A stretch of 64,000 nucleotides of DNA from Anthoceros angustus (taxonomy: Eukaryota > Plantae > Anthocerotophyta), in contig VJWM01000107.1 in NCBI GenBank assembly GCA_010909165.1, positions 744,001-808,000 of the forward strand, given 5' to 3'. Shown in pieces: positions 49,775 through 62,567 of the stretch; the stretch's first letter is position 1; every line of letters starts with the position of its first letter. The notes beneath the pieces are model-generated. The model saw only the letters and a program-made list of their open reading frames with translations, was not told the DNA's origin and ran no database searches. The position numbers and the translations under genes are program-made.

Positions 49775-50100
49775 ATATGCTTTCACCACATACCGCCTTG
49801 GGTAATTGGCAGAGTTGCGGCATGGGGACCTCTTCCACTCCTCCAATATTGTGTCCAAGATTGAGTTTGATCGGATGACGAGCTATTTGCCACCGCTGGA
49901 GTATCAAGGAGGATAAAAGTGTTTGAGTTTGCAACGGTGGTCAATGACATGGTCGATGTGCATTGTCCCATGGTAGAAATGTCTACCCGCTCCAAATTGA
50001 GTTGTCCGAGTTGGAACAAGTACATAAAGTCGCACATTCAGCGGATTATGAAGGGATTGTTACAAGATGGGATGTGAATACGCGAGCATCACGGAGTATG
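49775..50100 (+). pseudogene. COP1: Intron-less COP1 WD40 fragment
   Basis: LAELRHGDLFHSSNIVSKIEFDR(D)DELFATAGVSRRIKVFEFATVVNDMVDVHCPMVEMSTRSKLSCPSWNKYIKSHI..DYEGIVTRWDVNTR matches recalled COP1 (IAEIRHGDIFHSANIVSSIEFDRDDELFATAGVSR.IKVF..EMSTRSKLSCLSWNK..DYEGIVTVWDV) rather than SPA. Confidence 0.9.
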
Positions 50101-50959
50101 TGTACTGACAGTGCCCGCCTAAACCTCACCCGAAGTTTATTACTTGGTTCTCGAGGCGTATGGGATTCACGTTACTGGCGCCACCGGGCTCCACTCCACT
50201 CCTAGTTAGCAATCTAGTTTTCTCAACTAAGCCTGAAGTGTTCGCCACCAAGAAGCCGAGAACTTTTGCACAGGTCAGCCGTGGAGCCGAGCATGCTTAA
50301 CCCTTAAGGAAGCTGCCTTTTGCCCCATTTTTGGCGTTTTTTATTATGAATTTCTAATTACAAGAAAATCGACGCAATGTTCTCAACACCACAATTACCG
50401 TGATGACCTCCTCTTTCCAACCATATGTTCAAAAAGCACCACCCCTCGGAACATGCACAAATTTCCATAGCCATTTCGATCCACCTTGGGCACCAGTGAG
50501 GTGAGCATCTTTCTTTGCCTACCATGAACTAAGGTGAACTCAGATACACAAGAATGTAGGGGATCAGCATGACAGGATCCTGCGACCGACCTTTCTTCGA
50601 GAAAGAAGAGTCGAGCCGCAGAGAAGAGAGGGTCTCTTAGTTTCCTTGTGCTCCATATGTGTTTGCCTACTAGAGATTTTAGAACGTAAAAGTGAACTAA
50701 CGTTGTAAATAGTAATAGTTTTCTAATTTTACAACGGAGTGTGTTGTAAATGGTAATCGCTTGTTAAACGAGCGCTAAATAGTAGTTTCAAAGTCGTTTC
50801 ATACAAACTCACCAGCACTGCAGTGCACGAGGTAGGTGACGTGCACAAGGCGTGTGAGGCAATGCATGCAAGATCTTGTCCAAGAGGAACATGCTTGCAC
50901 ACAAATCTTGATATAAAGGCGGGTTCATGTATGCAAGTAGATGTTTACATCTGCGGCGT

Positions 50960-51290
50960 ATGTGTTGAGAGCAGGTATGTCGATTGCCCTCGGGGTGTGT
51001 GAGAACCGGCTTGCCATCGGTGTGTGAGGTGGGAGCTTGTGCGGCTAGTGTACTTGAGGGCCATGCGGCTTGCCATCGGGATGTGTGGGAGCTTGTGTAG
51101 CTAGTGTAATTGAGGCCATGCGGCCGCCATCGGGGTGTGTGAGGTGGGAGCTTGTGTAGCTAGTGTAATTGAGGGCCATGGGGCCTGACCTGGGTGTGTG
51201 AGAGCCGGGCTTGCCTGGGATGTGTGACGAGTGGGAGCTTGTATGTAGTGTAGGCCATGCACCGCCATCGGGGTGTGTGATGAGAGTCTA
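50960..51290. repeat. About five degenerate 65-70-bp tandem units
   Basis: CATCGGGGTGTGTGAGGTGGGAGCTTGTGTAGCTAGTGTAATTGAGG recurs. Confidence 0.8.
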
Positions 51291-52919
51291 TGTGTTTGAG
51301 AGAAGCGGAAGCCAACCATGCCTCTGCACATTTTAGAAGCGGAAGGCCATGAGAAGTGCGGGAAGGCTTTGTAAAGCGCGGAAGAAGAAGCACGAGCGGG
51401 AATTTGACGTCCATCCATACAAGGCCTGCACCGCACCGCAGGTTTGCTTAAGATTGTCGACTTGGCTTTGCGGGGCAGCTTCCAAGGATTGCTTGATGAG
51501 AGAGATTGCACGACTTTGCTTAGCGGTCACATGTTGAGTCAGCCGCCTCTCTCTCACGCCGAGATCTTGGTCGGCAGACATACGTTGTGTATTGCACAAG
51601 CTCTAACAACGGCATGGTGTTTAGTTAGTGACTACACACAAGCTCGTGTTTAGTTAGTGACCTGCATTGACCGACCCACAACACAATTAGGGCTTACGAA
51701 ATTGAATTCCTTGGATCAAGAAGGTTTGTGTGCATCCCCAATCTCTTATGCTTGGTGCTTTTTAGGGCACGCACTTTCATGGGCAAAGGTTGCTAAGCGC
51801 CTTTCTACTAACCCCAACCACCTTGCAATGTAGACTACACGTGCAAGTGCGCGGTTGGGTTTGCAATGTCATGCGTAACGCGATAAGGAAACAAGACTTT
51901 TGGCCACAACAGATTAGTGGTGGGGACAGCAGGATGCCGTGGTGGAAGGATCCGCCTAACGGCTCGGTGGTTGGGTTTAGTAGACAGCGCAAGGAGCCGC
52001 TCCGCTTGTCGACAAGCCTAGCGTGCAGAAAAAATGGGCCACCGTGAAGGCAAAGAAGCGGGAGGGCGTCTCAAAGGAGCGGAAGGCTTAAGCGTCTTGT
52101 CACCTCGAAATGTGAGTTGTGCATCAACGGCGCCGGCAATATCGCACCTACACCGGTTTGAATCACGCCTTCAACTAGTTAATGCAAGCTCTAGGGTCGG
52201 TGATGATAATGAGCTCTAAACGATGGCTTTTCTTTTCTCACTTGTGTGTGGTAGGAAAGCGAGCGATCACCGCCCGATGCGGTGGAGAACAAGCGACCTC
52301 CTCCGATGCCGTGGAGGAGGCAGCCTCCCGATGCGTGGAGGAGGCAGCCTCCTAATGCCGTGGAGGAGGGCGGTCGCCTCGATGCCGTGGAGAGTAGGCG
52401 CTAATCCCATGGCGGCGCTCTGTGGAAGAGCTGTGTGCAGCTGCGGGAGAAGCGACCAATGACCGTCTCAAGTCGCCACCACCTCCTCTTAGGTCTTCGG
52501 ATGAGAGAACAAGGGCCACCAGCGGTGGCTTATGTGCACACGCAGACCTTTTGAGAAAGATGATAAAGAAGGCACCAAGCTCGCTTCCTCCCTTGTCCGT
52601 GACACGGCTCAAAACTTACCTGGACCTTCAATCCGCCGTCAGATTCTCCCATGCCACCTCCACCACTCCTACTCCTAACCCTTCCGTCAATGTTGGTTCT
52701 CGTAGCTTGAAGAAGTGCAGCCAGTGATGGAGCAGCGAAGAAGTGGAAAATCCATGTGGAGGAGGGAGATGTGATCGAGATCCGCCGCAATTGCCAAGGA
52801 GAAATCGAATTAAAGGGAGCCCAAATGCACGCACGTCATTCCACAATGGACATTCATCTAGAATCGTGTTTACCGGGTTTTAGTTGAAACCGACCTTGCT
52901 TTTACTTTCATAAGCTTGT

Positions 52920-53345
52920 CCAGTGTGTGGCCTTGATCGCCCAATGTTTCTTTTGGTCTCTCAAGCCTAAACAGTGTGTGGCCTTGATGATGTTTCTCTT
53001 TTGGTCTCGCAAGCCTAAAGCCGCAAGTGTGTGGCCTTGATCAGTATTTTTCTATTGGTCCGCCTAAACATGTGTGTGGCCTTGACCGACCGCCCGTGTT
53101 TCTTTTGGTCTCTCAAGCCTAAACAGTGTGTGTGTGTGGCCTTGATCGCCCATGTTTCTCTTTTGGTCTCTCAAGTCTAAACGGCAGTGTGTGGCCTTGA
53201 TCCATGTTTCTCTTTTGGTCTCGCAAGCCTAAAGCTGGCGGTGTGTGTGTGGCCTTGGCCCATGTTTCTCCTTTGGTCTCTCAAGCCTAAACAGTGTGTG
53301 TGTTTCTTTTGGTCTCGCAAGCCTAAACATGTGTGTGTGTGGCCC
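52920..53345. repeat. About eight ~50-55-bp tandem units
   Basis: GTGTGGCCTTGA..TGTTTCTCTTTTGGTCTC(T/G)CAAGCCTAAA recurs. Confidence 0.88.
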
Positions 53346-53479
53346 GCTTGGCTAACTCATAAGGATGTACATGCCACATGCCTCAGACAGCATGTGCCTC
53401 GTACAAGCATGTGGCCTATACATGCCACTTACAGCCACATGCCGCACGGCATGTACAAGCATATTCGATGTTTTCCTTC

Positions 53480-54720
53480 TCATGTGTCGTTGGATTAAAG
53501 AAGATTCATGCTATGAAGTGCTCCAATTTCGGTTGAGGTGGGTAATGCGGCACTTCATGGATCCATTGATTGGCAACGGGAGAGAAACTAGAGACACAAG
53601 CAATTGTGGAGGCAGCCATTCAAGAGATGTTGGTGGGATTTGGAGCATGGCTCATGTGTGTGACCAAATGTTCAACACCATGTTGCGCAATTGGAAGAAC
53701 AATCTTGCAAGATGCGCAAGACAATTTCTTGAGGGTAATCATCCACCTAAGTATAAGCCTCGTGATATCTCGGACCGATGCGCATTGTGGAGAATGAAAA
53801 GCCAAGGCCGGGATGGAGATGTCTCGCACAAAACGCATAGCAATGTTGAGGAAGTTGAACTCGGATGCCCAGTATGCCCACTTTGGTAATGGTGGGTTTG
53901 TGAAGTTTACAAATCGGTTTTACCAACTCTTTGGTAGACGCCCCACGGAGCAAGAGAGAGGTCAGTGCAAGAAGGCCGGAAATTGGATAATAAAACTTGA
54001 AACATATTGGACTGCCAATCTTCCTCATCCGAGCGTTGGCTCCAACCCCAGAATAGGTGCCAAACAATTGTGGCGGGACCTCAAGGATGCTGGTTACAAA
54101 GATGATGATTTGGATGGTAAGATTTTGATTTGATGTCTTTGCAAGTTTTGATTGTCCTATTTTAACTCGCTTTTTGATTTGCCATAGGAGCCGTAATCCG
54201 GCATTGGAGCGCAAGCAAGTGGATGATGACTGGTTTTTGGACAATTTGGTGCCTAGATTGAAGCCCGGGTTAAGTGAGGATCTTTCTCCTCTGTAGTTCT
54301 TATAGAAGATCTTTCAAGTCTGCTTGTTGTAACACCCGGCTTCTTGGTAACATATTCGATTCTTGCAGAATGGTGTGGCCTCCGCCTCGGGTGGGAAGCC
54401 TTAACCTCCCAAGTGTGGTCAAGACCGGTGTGGAACGAAGCCACGATGAAGTACTTGTTGAAGTTGAACCACTCCATCTCATGGAAGAGGTGGAAGAATT
54501 TGAAGAGGTTGAGGTATCCTCTCTAAATGCAGGAAAAGTTTTTCAATCTCATGGCCTCTCATCGAATCGGACAGGAACTTGAAGCTCAACGCCTTGTGAA
54601 GCTAGGTCCGGACTACGCCAAAGAGCTCAAGTCATCAAGGGTGAAGAGCATGAAGAGGAAGGAAATGAGGCTTCAACAAGTCCAATTTGAAGAGATCAAG
54701 GAGCGAGGAATTCTAGTTTG
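53480..54720 (+). pseudogene. CACTA TnpA-like (Transposase_24/Ptta-like) accessory ORF remnant with introns
   Basis: LRNWKNNLAR..MSRTKRIAMLRKLNSDAQYAHFGNGGFVKFTNRFYQLFGRRPTEQE resembles the MS..N..NR..H..G..G+....G..P motif. Intron GTAAG at 54117 to TAG at 54187. It lies in the arm leading to the CACTA end at 56731. Confidence 0.5.
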
Positions 54721-54859
54721 GTGCTTTCTTTTAGTTGCTCCTTAGAAACTCTTAGAAATTGATACGACATCGGCTTTTTGTGGGAATGTCCCTTTGTGTG
54801 TGTCTGGGGAATCTCCCAATGTTTGTGAGTGTGTGTCTGGGGAATGGCCCCATGTTTGT

Positions 54860-55330
54860 TTGTGGGAGTCTGTGTGTCCGGGAATGGCCCCATGTTTGTT
54901 TGTGTGTTTATTTGTGTGTGTGTGTGTGTGAGTGTGTGTGTGTGAGTTTCGAGCCTGCAAGAGTGTGTGCGAGCCTGAGCAGGAGAGCCTATGAGCACTG
55001 TGAGAGCTTGTGAGCGAGAGCTTGTGAGCCTTGAAAATTGAGCCTTGAGCTTGTGAGAGGGAGAGTCTGTGAGCTGTGAGAGCTTGTGAGAGCGAGAGCT
55101 TGTGAGCTGTGAAAGCCTGTGAGCGAGAGCGGTGAGCGATAGCTTGTGAGCTTGTGAGCTGTGAGAGCGAGAGCGAGAGCGAGAGCTTGTGAGAGAGCTT
55201 GTGAGCTTGTGAGCGCGAGAGCTTGTGAGCTGTGAGAGCCTATGAGCACTGTGAGAGCCTGTGGCGCTGATTATGTGAGAGCCCGTGTGGGTTTGTGAGT
55301 GTGTGTGAGTTTGTGTGAGTTGAATGTGTG
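54860..55330. repeat. Low-complexity (TG)n and GAGCTTGTGA-type array
   Basis: Directly visible. The motif is shared with the 50960-51290 array (GAGCTTGTG). Confidence 0.9.
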
Positions 55331-55541
55331 GATTTGTGTGAGGATCATGTTCATTTTGGGGTTTAGAATCGCTTGCATTTGGTAGTAGCATTCCATTTCT
55401 CGTGTGTCCCACTAATGCACAACAAGGTGCGATACAAAATTTACAACAAAGGACGTAAAACACTTGTTGTAAATATGCCCCATTTAAAGAAGCTGAAAAT
55501 AGATATTTGTGTTATTAATAATATTTATTTTTGTTTAAAGT

Positions 55542-55544
<3 letters not shown>

Positions 55545-55590
<46 letters not shown>
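55545..55590. repeat. (TA)n microsatellite
   Basis: Uninterrupted TA run of about 23 units. Confidence 0.99.
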
Positions 55591-55591
<1 letters not shown>

Positions 55592-55599
55592 CTTTGCGT

Positions 55600-56450
55600 T
55601 GTAATTTAAATGATGTAATTGCTTTTGCAATTGGGATGTTGTAGATGGTTTTGTAAAACAGTCGTTGTAAAGCGTTGTACCCACACCGAGACGTCTCAAA
55701 CTTAGATGTTGTAATTGCTTTTGCAATTGGGATGTTGTAGATGGTTTTGTAAAACAGTCGTTGTAAAGCGTTGTACCCACAACGAGACGCCTCAAACTTA
55801 GATGTTGTAATTGCTTTTGCAATTGGGACAATCGCCACCGAGACGCCTCAAACTTAGATGTTGTAATTGCTTTTGCAATTGGGATGTTGTAAAGCGTTGT
55901 AAAGCGTTGTACCCACACCGAGACGCCTCAAACTTAGATGTTGTAATTGCTTTTGGGATGTTGTAGATGGTTTTGTAAACAGTCGTTGTAAAGCGTTGTA
56001 CCCACACACCGAGACGTCTCAAACTTAGATGTTGTAATTGCTTTTGCAATTGGGTAGATGGTTTTGTAAAATGTGTTGTAAAGCGCGTTGTACCCACACC
56101 GAGACGTCTCAAACTTAGATGTTGTAATTGCTTTTGCAATTGGGATGTTGTAGATGGTTTTGTAAAGCAGTCGTTGTAAAGCGTTGTACCCACACCGAGA
56201 CGTCTCAAACTTAGATGTTGTAATTGCTTTTGCAATTGGGATGTTGTAGATGGTTTTGTAAACAGTCGTAAAGCGCTTGTACCCACACCGAGACGTCTCA
56301 AACTTAGATGTTGTAATTCCTTTTGCAATTGGGATGTTGTAAATGGTTTTGTAAAACAGTCGTTGTAAAGCGCGTTGTACCCACACCGAGACGTCAAACT
56401 TAGATGTTGTAATTCCTTTTGCAATTGGGATGTTGTAAATGGTTTTGTAA
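55600..56450. repeat. About nine ~90-96-bp tandem units, CACTA subterminal array
   Basis: ACCCACACCGAGACGTCTCAAACTTAGATGTTGTAATTGC at ~55679, 55775, 55910, 56000, 56091, 56187, 56280 and 56378, plus a short variant near 55835. Rich in GTTGTAAA. Confidence 0.95.
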
Positions 56451-56454
56451 ATGG

Positions 56455-56731
56455 CACCACGTCATCACATGGTGATGTGGCAATGAGGGCCATGTCATCA
56501 AATTATGCCACGTCATCACCGATGATGTGGCAATGAAGGCCATGTGGCAACAACATGCCATGTCATCACTTGGTGATGTGGCGGTGATGTGGCGCCACAT
56601 CACCACTTTAATGACATTGGCGGCCATGTCATTTTACAACGCCATGAAGCTCTCGCCATAACGGGCGCGCGCGTTTTAACGCTGCTAACACCGTTGTAAA
56701 AACCGTTGTAAAACCCTCATTTTCTGTAGTG
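56455..56731 (+). mobile_element. Right end of a CACTA element
   Basis: Ends CCCTCATTTTCTGTAGTG at 56731 (reverse complement CACTACAGAAAATGAGG). It is preceded by inverted CCACGTCATCA/TGATGTGG and TTTACAAC/GTTGTAAA motifs. Confidence 0.8.
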
Positions 56732-59559
56732 AGCCCCCGGGGTTGTCCCTCGCCTCAAACACGCAGCTCATGAACATGGATTCGCCAATTGCCGCCATGT
56801 TCGCCGATGCAAATGTAGTCGGCCCCTCACAACTGCTCGCCGCAACTACCCCCATGCCGGGTTGCGATCGGACATGGAACCGTGGGAACACAGCATTTCC
56901 CATCACAATGTTGCTTGAAGAGGTCAGACAGGGCTGCATTCGCTGCCAGCCCCACCGCCACCCAAACAAAAAAGTGGCCATGGCCGCCAGAGGCACTTCA
57001 ATTGTCGAATGGCAAGAGGCAGAGGTCCTACCTCAGACAATCCGCCTTACACGCGATGCCGCCGTGGATGGGCTCCAGTGGTATTTGTGAGGGCGAACCG
57101 CGACAGCGGAGTTGGCGGCATCGTGGGCCTTGCGCCACTTCTGTAAAACCGCTCGACGCCTCCCTCACAAATCGTTACGCCCGCCGCCATGACGCCTTCT
57201 TCCATTCCTGCGGATCGCCGTGTGCGCAGAACTCCTCCTCATCATGTAGTGGCGGAGGTTGGTTGTGGCCCATGTCTCCAAAGAAGTCCTCAGCTCTATG
57301 GCCCCGAGATCGAGGGCCGGGTCACGCCTTCCAGCTTCAAGAGCTCGCCAGCGCGGCGCGATCGGCGATGAAGCCTTCTACCGCCCCGACATCGAAGCTC
57401 CAACCCGGACGCCGACCACCGCCGCAGAACCCTCCGTGTCTATCCGATGTCCTCGCCGCCTTCCATAATCGAGTGCACGGTCCAACACCGCAGTGGTCCG
57501 GATTCCCCATCCTCGCATTTCTCTCGCGCCGCGCAGATGTCGAAAACATCTTGGCCTCACGCCGCGCATTCCGCTTTCGATGGGAGATGGCGCCGCAGCC
57601 TCCGTGGAGGACGGAAGGCATCGCCATGCCGCAACCACCGTCAGAGGTTTCAAGAATCGACGCCGATGGCGGGATGGTCGCAGCGCTCCCACCGCACCGG
57701 ATGCTCCAAGATGCCCGGACAAGAGCCGGAGGGCGCCGCCTTTCATCTCGCGGAATCCACGACTACGAAGGCCCCACCTGCAGGTAATCGTGTTTCTCGA
57801 GGTCGGGCGATGACGCCTGGAAGCTTTTGGTCAAGTCGGATCTCCCGACCGAGATCGAGTCCCGCCCGTCCACCACTTGTGTGCACGCTATCTCCGCGGA
57901 AATCCGCTTCCCGCCGACGCCTTCCTCCTCTTCCAAGACCGCGCTTTCTGGTAGTTGCGGACCATGAAAGGCTATCGGGATAGGATCCCGACATACAAAG
58001 CGCACTTGCAAAACGTTAGCGCCTGTGATGCGCTAAGGAACAGGAGCGGTCATTCCGTGAGGACTGCAATGGGCGAATGCTGGTTGCACCTTCGTTGCGC
58101 CGATGAAGCAACCAGGCCCAAATTGCCGCGAAGGAAGAGGGTCGCCACCCGTCCACGAGCGGCACCAGCCCCTGCTTCAAACTCAACTGCTATACCTCGC
58201 CTCCACGGGCATGGCGCCTACGCAACCACCACTGCGCCTGCTGGCAATCCTCCTCGACAAACCGCCTCCCCATCCGCCTCGGGTCCTAAGTGGATGGCTC
58301 GTAAATGCGATTCTCATGGAACCGTAATAGAGAGCTTCATGTGCACCTACCGCGACCGCCAGACGCCCGCCTTCGCCGTCTCCCAGAACCATAATCGGGT
58401 GATTGCGGCGTTGTGTGAGGGGATGTTTTCATTGCCGCACGCACCGCTGGTGTTCCCGCCGGAGGGAACGTGCACCCCACCTCACCGCCCCGGAAGGTAC
58501 CGCCCGGCCGCGCCCAGACCGCCGCCGATCCCGCAATGCACACTGCCAAGGGTCCGCCGCTGGCCGAACCGGCACACACCGGAGGGCCTTGCGGATTGCC
58601 TCGCGACTCGGAATTCTAGCAGCGCAGTGAGGCTTGGAAGCGATGAGGCCGACCTGCGTGGGGATTTGATCGAAGACATTTGCATCCTCGCCGAGTTCAC
58701 CCAATCTCCGAGAATGTCGCCACCGCCATCGCACAAGATTCACCGGCGACGGCCCGCCTCGCCTCGCCGCCATGTTTTCACTTGATTGGTGCAGAGTCCA
58801 CCAAAAAAATGGTGTGCCTTGGTCACGGCCTCAGACCGCTGATTTCAGTCAAGGTGGGAGATGGCAGAGGGGGCGTGTGTCCGCGATGGCGAACCACCCG
58901 GCCGATGCCGAGGAAGATACGGAGCGTCCTCCCGTCTTCATGTTTTTCGCATGACAAGAGCGCAGAGGTTCATTATTTCGTGAGTCGCGCCCCCAAACGC
59001 CTCAAACCCCGCTTAGGATTAACAAATGCCCGCCGCTCTGTACGAAACACGACATTCATTACATCGGAAAGACGAGATGGCACGGCGCCTGCCTGCTCCA
59101 AAGATGCACCTCGTCGGATGGCCGCATTGTTTAAGGGCGATGGTGGAGATGAGGACATGTCGCTTAAACGCGCCTTCTAGAAGACGCGTGTTTATGTTTG
59201 AAGTATTCTGCGCAGAGGGACCGGACAGAGGCCGTGGACAAGAATGCGCCGACGCTTGGGAAGACGCTGGTCGCATCTTCAGCAGCCATGCTCTGCACCG
59301 GTGGCGGTCGTGTGAAGTGCGTCACGCTGCCTACAAAACATCGGTCCGCTCACGAAGGGGGATTCCGACATGACCAAGGACGGCCGTGTTCGCTGTAGCA
59401 ATTTGCGGTTTATGTCAAATCACTTCCTCCATACCACACCCAACCCAAGCATATATAGTGAATTTGTCCTGCATTTCGAACCGAATGGATGGCGGAATAA
59501 CGATGGATATTGAGTATGAGGTTTTTTGTTCACACATGTCTAGTAGGGATGGTTTTGGG

Positions 59560-61200
59560 CCAAACTATAAGGTCCAAAAAGGATGGAACATAATGCATAA
59601 TGTTTTCAATTTTCAAAGGCCAAGGAAGATAGTGGTCCATATAGCATGAGGACTTGACAACCTTGGCCTTTGGGATATTTGAAAGGAGGAAACATCATGC
59701 ATGGTGTGTCCATGCCAAAGGCCAAGGAAGGCAGAGAGGCATATACTACAAAGGACATGTCATCCTTGGCATTTGGGATTTGTCACAATCCAAACATCAT
59801 GCATGTTGTTTCAACCACCAAAGGCCAAGGAAGTTAGTGCTACATATACAGTGTAGGCTTGGTCTTCCCATATGTGTGTCAATAGTTGGATGGCATGCAG
59901 ATGTAAAGGTAAAACATCTTTAGGGTTTAGCGAAGGGACGCCATGTTAGAGCATGTGCAACATATGCATGTAATCCCGCATATATAGACATAAATATTAC
60001 ATATGTCTTGTTCCTTGGACTTTGGCCTATAGTAGGATTGAGGACATGCTAGCATCCTTGAAAGGTTGGTATATAATATATGGATATATATGTAGGAGAA
60101 AGTTGAAAACTAAGCATGCCGCCGCATGTGATGTGCTCGTTTTTCTTCCTCTATCCCTTGTAAAAGCAAATTTTCCATGCATCGTCGATAAAGTTCCTTG
60201 GCATATGCCTAAGGATCTTTGTGGTAGCAATGGAAAAGCTTCTATTTTTGTTTCCCTTTTCTATGTATGTAAAGGGTTTTCCTTTATATGCATCAATGAA
60301 AAGGGTCCTTGCACTTTGGTACAAGTGATCGATAATGTCTTCGCCTTGGAAAAGAGGTATATTATGTTCTCTATATATGCAGTGAAAAACATCCGATACC
60401 GCATGATATGTGAGAAGTTGTGCTCTCTAGTTTTGCCTTCTTCTATCCTTCGTCGATGGAAGTTTCCATGCATCATGAACAAAGTTCCTTGGGGCATGGG
60501 GAATGAACTTTGTCCATGATGCATCTGGCATATTGTTTTGCCCTTGATTTTCTTCTGGGTTTTTCGAAGCTTCGGGAAAATGGTCCTTGGCCTTTGGTAG
60601 AAGTGAATGGTAATGTCTTCATCTTAGAACTAAGGTATATTATGTATGTCTATATATGCAAGAATAACACCGTTAACGTGCATGATAGGATAGAAGTTGT
60701 GTTGTGGGTTTTTCGCCTTTTGTTTTCAAGATCGCTTTTTCCATGCATCCCGGAGAGTTCCTTGGCCTATGGCGAAGGAACTGCTTCGTGGTGCATTGAA
60801 AAGTTCCTTTCCATATGTTACCTTTTGTATGCTTGCATCTTTCCCGACATGTGGAAAAGGCTCCTTGGCCTTTGGCACATGTGACTATGAATGTATTCTG
60901 CTTGAACCGAGGTATATCATGTATGTCTCTATATGTGCAATAATAACAACGTAAACTCGCATGACATGGGCGAAGTTTTGTTTTGGTTTTGTCCTTGTAA
61001 TCTTCGTGGCTTTTTTGAATGCATCCTCCAAAACGCTTGGCCCATGGGGATTGATTTTCCCACGATGCGCGGAAATTTTCCTTATGTTTTTCCCTCCGTA
61101 TGCTTGGCCTATGTGTATGCTTGGCCAATGGAATTGTCTCTACATGCATCATCGAAAAGGGTCCTTCGCCTATGGTACAAGACATTGTTCATGACCGGTC
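59560..61200. repeat. Degenerate ~280-290-bp tandem repeat (about four units, 60100-61200) with inverted motif copies at 59560-59840
   Basis: TTTCCATGCATC..AGTTCCTTGG at ~60172, 60463 and 60739, weaker at ~61020. CCAAAGGCCAAGGAAG upstream is the reverse complement of the CCTTGGCCTTTGG motif. Confidence 0.65.
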
Positions 61201-62567
61201 TTTGAAACTAGTTATATCATACGGGCTATATATGTAGGAATAACGTGGAAAACAAACATGGTGCCATGGGTTGGTATACGATTTTCCCTCCGCATCGCGG
61301 GCGTAAATCATTGGCCACATGGCGGATGACGTTTTGCATGATGCATGCCATTACGCTTGTCCCGCATGACCGCACTTCCGTCAAGGTTGTGGAGTCCGAG
61401 GCACAAACGCGAAGGAACGGCAGCGGCAAACTCCATCCGCGATCCACAACGGCGGCAGTGAACGCTGGGAAGCCATCCAACTTGCTGTGATGGGCGGAAC
61501 GAACTGGGCCATACCGAGGGAAAGAGCAGCAGAAGCGAACCGAAGAATGGCGGAGGGGGCGCATAATGGAAGCGGACGACCGGTGCATAGAACGGTTGTG
61601 GCAGGCCGCGCGCCATCCCGGTGTTGTAAGGCGATTGGTGGAGGTGATATTGCGCAAGTGACACTCCCGCTGCCTCTACAGGGTGTAGGGTGTGCGGAAC
61701 CGCATGGGACGGCGAACACCGCCAAGTGTGATGGATGGAGAGGGAAGGAGCGAGTGCAGTGCGCGTGCTCCTCGGCGATGGCGGACGATGGCAATCGCTT
61801 TTTCCGCAGCGCACCTCCTTGGAATGGAAGCGGAGGAGTTTGCATCAGTGGCTAGTGGAAACGCGGAAGAGGTGGTGCGGAATCTGAGGGTAAAACATAC
61901 AGGTGCATTTTAACGATCACAACACACTGAGAGCGAAGGGACTGTCGCTGCCAGCTCGGGTGATGCCAAGGAGGTGAAGCTCCGTGGGACAAAGGAAGCA
62001 ATCGGGAGAGGACGGTGGTGGCCAAGCGGGATGGCTGCTGGAAGGTGGGCGGCGGGTGGAGGCGGGTGCCATGGATGGCGGGCGATGCGTTGGCACTCGG
62101 TATGAGAGGTGCGACGGATGAGGATGGGGCTCACGAGCTACGTTTTCTTGTCGCTTTTTTGCTTGCTATCACCATGCAAGTATTGGTAGCAGTAGTAAGG
62201 GCGGTGGCAGCCTGCAGCTTGTGGACCGAGACGGTGACCCGGACAAAGTTTATAGCTATAATTGGTGTGAGAAACCGAATAGTGATTTCTAAGAGTGAGT
62301 GAGGCGGTCCAAGATACGCCATCCGCAAATGTCGTGGGAAGAGGAAAGGAGTTGGCTTACGCCTACAAACAAAAGGAGGGGCCAAAGGGTTGACAAATCG
62401 GACGCCCGTGTCGTGGTTGCCAAAGTGGTTCGCCGAACTGGGTGCTGGACAATTGGTGTCCATGATGTGCGAGTGCACGCCACGAGAACCGCAGATGCCC
62501 ATTGCCAATGCGAGATAACTTTATAAGGAATTGCCCACGCGGGCCCTGAGAGTATATGTAACGATTC

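Noticed and set aside
55600-56450. CRISPR-like array (also the 13-bp and 52-bp arrays)
   Set aside because: The units are head-to-tail without unique spacers, there are no cas genes, and the context is a eukaryotic CACTA end.
56800-57100. ULP1/SENP protease as an annotated feature
   Set aside because: The catalytic His/Cys motifs match only loosely and need several frameshifts; kept as a low-interest lead only.
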